From positions 2,356,001 through 2,420,000 of the forward strand of contig CATNEN010000012.1 in the NCBI GenBank assembly GCA_950097015.1: a DNA stretch of 64,000 nucleotides, in the 5' to 3' direction. Both the position numbers and the translations under genes were made by a program. The notes under the pieces are model-generated. The model ran no database searches. It had not been told where the DNA came from and worked only from the letters and a program-made list of their open reading frames with translations. Shown one piece after another: positions 59,721-64,000 of the stretch (its first letter is position 1; the number at the start of each line of letters is the position of its first letter). Origin of the DNA: Macrostomum hystrix (Eukaryota; Animalia; Platyhelminthes).

Positions 59721-62556
59721 TTTTCAAAGCAACTAGACCATAAACTATCTATAGTTGGAAGAAGCAAGGCAATTGCTCCATTAGTAATGTGGCAGACCCT
59801 AATTGGCTAGCAACTGCCTCCTACCCTCTGCACCCCACTATAAATGGAAAGAAATTTTGCTTCTAGAAATTATGTTTTGTCTCCGGCTTTGTGCCTAGCC
59901 ATGAGAAATGAATTTGTCTTTGGCTTCCACTGTCTGTTAGCAATGCCCTAATCTTTCCCTTGTTCTAAATAATTCCTGAAATTATCAAGCCTTACCCCCT
60001 ATCATCCCAAGAGATTGCAAATCACTTGGCAATCTTGATCCACTTGTAAATGCCCAGAAAGACTTGGCTTCTGATTTCTCTAATATATTTTTCTAATGTA
60101 AGTCCCATTTCTATTTTCCCCTATCCAAATCCAAAAATAACCCATTTCAATTCTGCCAACCACATGTATGCAACTAGTGTCTTGCTGCTTGGGCACTAGT
60201 GCTACCAAAGTTCCTGTAAACATATAAGGAAGCTCATTCACATAAAATCTACCTAGTTTTTCCCGATTTCATCTTTCACCTCTTTAAAGAGGCAGAGGCC
60301 TACCATAGTTAGTATATTTTATAGCTAGAGCTAAAGGATGTATGTAGGCCTATAGCGAAAGGAAAGAGCAAAGAATTCAAATTTGAATTCAAAATAGGGT
60401 TTGAATTCAAATTATCAGCTAGTTATATTATTTGACAAACACACACGAACATAGCTTCCAAAACTGATAAGGCAATAAACCTGACACAACTTATCTCTCT
60501 AGTTTGCAATTTTTGATGATGCCACTTTCTAAAGACATGTATCAGAGCGTGGTTCACATAGTGATGGCTGTCTGCCTGTCTAGTAAGGGGAGATCTAAAA
60601 GGCATACAATAGGCCTATTGAAATTACCCTATAGATAATTCAAGCTGCACAACAAACACCAAATTTAAGAGTTGTTATATTACTGAATGTGAAGATTTTT
60701 TATGCCAAAAAGCTACAAGATAAAACTGTGAAGTTTATATTTTAATAAAAAGAATGTCATAAATAACAAATAACTAACATATACAGAATAATTACTTTAG
60801 AACAGAAAGGAAGGTATAAAAACTACAACTAAAATGCAAACAGCATTCTAACCAAACACTTAGAGCCAATCAAGTTCCTAAGCTTACATTGCACATGAAA
60901 ACATATTACACATGTAATAGGCCTATATGTATACTGGCTTGTGATTATAGCAAAAGGCCACTTAATCATGTTAATTGGCTTTAATTCACTAATGAGAACA
61001 AGCAATAAAAAGCATATTCTTATAGTATGAAATGAACAAATAGGAACTGTTTCAATACTAGACAAATAAGGTTCAAGTTATTCTCCCATAAGGTAAATGT
61101 TACTCGAATGGTACCAGAAAAATATGGACTGTCTAAGTTCTGAAATAAAGTTATTAGCTATATGAGTGTTTTTTCATAGGTGAACTGCTAAGACTTAGGA
61201 GTAGGCCTACAGTTAAATATTCATGCTAACACTTGACATTACAATAAAACAAAATAAATACAACAAAACAAGTCATTTTATAGAAGTACAAATGAGCCAG
61301 CCATTTTAGTCTTTGGATATCACTATACTAAGACTATAACTAGGCCTACTTTACGAGGAGTAGGACTAGGTAGTTAATAAAAACTAGAAGACTAGAAATT
61401 TTCCTAAGAAAACTTAAGAAACCTAGTTAGTAGAGTTCTGTTTGTGTGACATTTAAATTTCTGCTCAAATTCGGTCTTATGTCAGGCCCCCTAGGTGGCT
61501 AGGCCTAACTTAGGTCGGCTCGAAAATTTACTTTCTGACATAAGCAAATAAAATTGAAATTTGTAGGCAGAAAGCAACGCACAAAAAAGCCGGAGGCGAG
61601 TTGAAACGTTATGCATGCAAGGTAAATCAAAGAAGCACAGCCAACAAATGAGAATATCCAGTGTTTAGAAACTTCAGGTAAAATAAATTTCTGAAATCAA
61701 GTCTTGTTATGTATGTACTTTTGAGCGAGCGAAAATTTTTACTTAAACGGTACATTGAAGACCGATTTGTTTTCATGGAAAATACATTTTAACGTGTTTA
61801 GCTTTTTTAATGAAGTTACTTGTGTTGTGTAGAAATAGCATAAATGATATATAGCACATGATAGCATGAAAGAGTTAATCTATGCTAACATTACATTTCA
61901 GGATGCATTGCTTAAGACATTCAACAAATACACTTCCTTGAAAGTCTTTGTACTTTTTTCATATTTTTTGTATCATTGACATTAGGTTACATATGCGTCA
62001 TATGCGCACGTCGCAGCACTGCAAGCAGACTCGTGCATTGATATGCATGCCATTGTCAACTCTCTGCATGCCAGCCTATACCATGCAATTGTTTATGTAT
62101 GCTAGTGCATGCCAACTTTTCAAATGCATGCTAGAAAATTCTGGCTTGCACTAAATTATCTGGACTATGGCCTTCCTTGGCCTAGAACAGAAACATTTCG
62201 CCTATTGTTTTAATTTTATGATTGATGTTTTCCTTATTTTAATTGTATTTAAGGTTCATGTAGTGCTTATAATATAGTTATATCAGTTGTTATTTGTACA
62301 ATGGCCATACAAATAACACAACTGTTATGCATTTAGTAAAGACACAAATAACAAAATATTTATTTATACCATATGACAGTGATAAATCTAAAAATGTAAA
62401 ATAAGTATTAAATAATACAACAACAAACGCTGCAAGCCCCAAAAGTCAGGGAGGCAATGCTGCAGAGTTAGCTTATAAACAAAGTCCACCCTGTTGGCAG
62501 TGTCTGTGCCCTGTCGTCGCTTAGTAGGCAGTCAAGCTAAAATAGTAGAGGGAATT

Positions 62557-62816
62557 GGTACCTAGACACTTCGTCATCTTACAACTTTGTCATCCAGATG
62601 ACGATCTGTCCAATATCTCAGAGGGTGGATGATGAAGAGACTTAGACTTGTGGACACTTTGTCATCTATAAAACAAAAGTTTTCTAAGTTAGAACAGAAC
62701 CACCCTCCCCACCCCTCCTCACATCATGTTGGCACCTATCTTTCAACTATTATAATGAAAGCAGTTTTGTCACCTTTTTGACAATTTAGAGTGTGAAGTG
62801 TGTTCAAACCTCTGCC
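62557..62816. mobile_element. One-ended partial copy of the 14754-15199 MITE, inverted relative to it
   Basis: Starts GGTACCTAGACACTTCGTCATC and follows the reverse complement of ~14935-15199 for ~260 bp. Confidence 0.85.
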
Positions 62817-63754
62817 AATTTTTTAGAATCTAATGTGTATCTGCAAGATTTGGATATTCATTCCAATATGGCTTGGTGCATACAAAAGTTGTTGATTATG
62901 TAGTGATGATGGTGTATTATAACTACATATGACAAGTAGTTAAGCTAGGTAACGACTTGTACAGACATTTTAGGTATAGGCATAGCATGGCATATATAAT
63001 ATGTGCCTGTGTTGGCCTATTCCTACAAGCTGCCATGTTGATAAGGCACACATTATTGGCAAAAATCAATTTTGATAAAAATTGGCACTATCAGCATGGC
63101 ATATGCAAATCCAGGCACCAAATGTGTCTATCTAAACTGCTTATAAAAATAATCTGAGATTCCATTTAACAAAGAAAGGAAACAAAAAACTAATTGTATG
63201 TTAAATTTTAGGCAAAGCAAAAAGTAAAAGAACAGTTTTTTCATAGCTAAAGCTAAAGCCCAATATTAAAGCAAGATTATAACAAAACAATTGTGTTAAT
63301 TGCAAAAATGTATTTATACAAAAACAAATAACAAACTGTTTTGTTACTCTGTCTCAATTTCCTTTTGTTTTTTTTGACTTGGTTGTTTGTATAGTTTTGA
63401 AAAATATGAATCATGTAGTATTGTATTAAAAATCTAAGCTGTTGTAAGCAGACATTGGCTATCTCTGCTTATATGAGTCTGCTTAGAATATGTAGAAATA
63501 TGTAATAAGGGAGAGATGAGACAGAAGAGATAACGGGTAAATGAGACAGAAGAGATGACAAGGGGAGAGAGCAGACAGGGAAGAGATAAGACACAGGAGA
63601 GATGAAGCAGATGCTGTATAGTTGTCGGAAGGGGCAACGGGTCGGATTTCGTAGCTTTGTGGGCCGCATCTGGCCTGCGGGCTGGAGCTTGCCAACCCAT
63701 GCAATATTCAATATAAAAGATAATCCCGAAAACCTACAGCTATCTGCCTTAACA

Positions 63755-64000
63755 ATGTGGCTATTAACTGGCAGTCTGTTATCACTGCTGTTGATTCTAT
63801 TACGCAATGACTCAGTGGCTGGGCACAATATTGAGCACCTGCCTGATTGGCTAGTGCTAATCTCTATGGACGGCTTTCGTCACGACTATGTAGACTTGGC
63901 TGAAAAAGCTGGCTTCAACGTTACCGCATTTCGTCGTCTGCAGCGGGAAGGCGTCTCCGGCCGCACGGTCATTGATGACTTTGTATCCAAGACATTTCCA
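63755..64000 (+). CDS. Ectonucleotide pyrophosphatase/phosphodiesterase (ENPP4/5/6/7-type), 5' part, runs off the window
   Basis: MWLLTGSLLSLLLILL (signal peptide), LVLISMDGFRHDY, and SKTFP containing the catalytic Thr. Subfamily cannot be assigned. Confidence 0.9.
   Translation, partial: MWLLTGSLLSLLLILLRNDSVAGHNIEHLPDWLVLISMDGFRHDYVDLAEKAGFNVTAFRRLQREGVSGRTVIDDFVSKTFP

Overview
Eukaryotic (metazoan) genomic DNA, not prokaryotic: GC-rich exons, GT-AG introns, and roughly a third of the window (rough hand tally ~23 kb) taken up by about 29 tandem arrays with 12-35 bp units. Gene content and architecture suggest a lophotrochozoan, plausibly a macrostomid flatworm such as Macrostomum; this is inference, not shown by the sequence. 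Genes reconstructed by hand with frame-consistent splice sites: the 3' exons of GALT (+); a 197-aa secreted neuropeptide precursor that the ORF track misses entirely (-, 10 copies of AALADF between dibasic sites plus a C-terminal two-Cys peptide); BARD1 (+, 6 coding exons); two convergent POU class IV genes (one divergent, one canonical); GNB1L/Asa1 (-, no start codon of its own); a BAK-like Bcl-2 effector (-, 3 exons); and the start of an ENPP-family phosphodiesterase (+). There are also MITEs, SINE-like elements and a mariner remnant. Most long ORFs in the supplied track are artefacts of satellites or antisense shadows. Repeat boundaries are approximate, to within ~10-20 bp. No databases were searched; family assignments come from recalled motifs.
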